62,000 nt of DNA from Octopus vulgaris (lineage: Eukaryota). The stretch covers positions 32,322,001 through 32,384,000 of the forward strand of contig OX597824.1 of assembly GCA_951406725.2 (NCBI GenBank), read 5' to 3'. Below are positions 61,410 to 62,000 of this stretch, piece after piece; position 1 is the stretch's first letter, and every line of letters starts with the position of its first letter. The notes under the pieces were generated by a model, which saw nothing but the letters and a program-made list of their open reading frames with translations, was not told where the DNA came from and did not search any database. Both the position numbers and the translations under genes were made by a program.

Positions 61410-62000
61410 AAGTGGGGTAAAGAGCTGGATAAGGCCTTCTGTAAGCTTATCACTCATCTTTTAGAGGCTCCGGTTTTACTCAACGGAGAAGATAAACACT
61501 CTCACTGTAGATGCATTCTTGATTGCAGTAGCTGGGATGTTATCCCAGGAAGGACACCCATTGGCATTCATAAGCCACACCTTTAGCCAAGCACAATGAA
61601 ATTGGTCGAACATTGAGAGAGGGGCTTATGCAGTGGTATGGTGTGTAGATAGACAGTGGCATTTCCTTCTAGGGAAGCAGTTTTATTTGGAAACACTTCA
61701 CCACCCTTTAAAAACCCTGTTCGCAAAGGATTTAGGTGTATCTTGATGTGCTTTGCAAAAAATAGCCAGGTGGAGTTTGATTCTATCACAGTATGATTTC
61801 GTCATTAAGCATGTTCCAGGTAAAAGTATTCTGCATGCTGATACCCTCTCTTGATTAAGGTATAACGAGACTAACTATGGCGATATAATTTTCTTTACTT
61901 CGCATTTAGACAAATGCGACAGTGTGTGGTTGGACATTGATCCTGTAAAGATGGAAGGCCTCCAAAAACAATTAGATGCAAATGCATTATATAACGAAAT
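61410..62000 (+). mobile_element. Ty3/Gypsy pol RNase H fragment (degenerate), antisense within an RyR intron
   Basis: TVDA..AVAGMLSQEGHPLAFISHTFSQAQ*NWSNIERGAYAVVW...FLLGKQF..HHPL...RWSLILSQYDFVIKHVPGKS..HADTLS with stops and frameshifts. Confidence 0.85.

Overview
AT-rich, microsatellite- and SINE-dense animal genomic DNA. The SINE repertoire looks like octopus (coleoid cephalopod); that assignment is an inference. The window holds the 3' ~1,086 codons of a ryanodine receptor (RyR) gene on the minus strand. I reconstructed 28 phase-consistent GT-AG coding exons from 61266 down to the TGA at 5263. They cover the central domain, EF-hands, divergent region, S1-S6, the GGGIGD filter and the C-terminal zinc finger. 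The most notable observation is a duplicated 80-nt exon for EF-hand 1 (50750-50829 and 45327-45406). The copies have identical length and phase and 14/26 identical codon-level residues, so only one can be included in frame: a mutually exclusive exon pair in the RyR Ca2+-sensor. Introns also contain Penelope-type hammerhead motifs (three in an apparently tRNA-headed composite element), several long fold-back hairpins, a candidate recursive/decoy splice site, a SINE flanked by a ~182-bp duplication, and mariner, hAT, Tigger, Helitron-like, LINE and Gypsy relics. Repeat boundaries were read by eye and are approximate.
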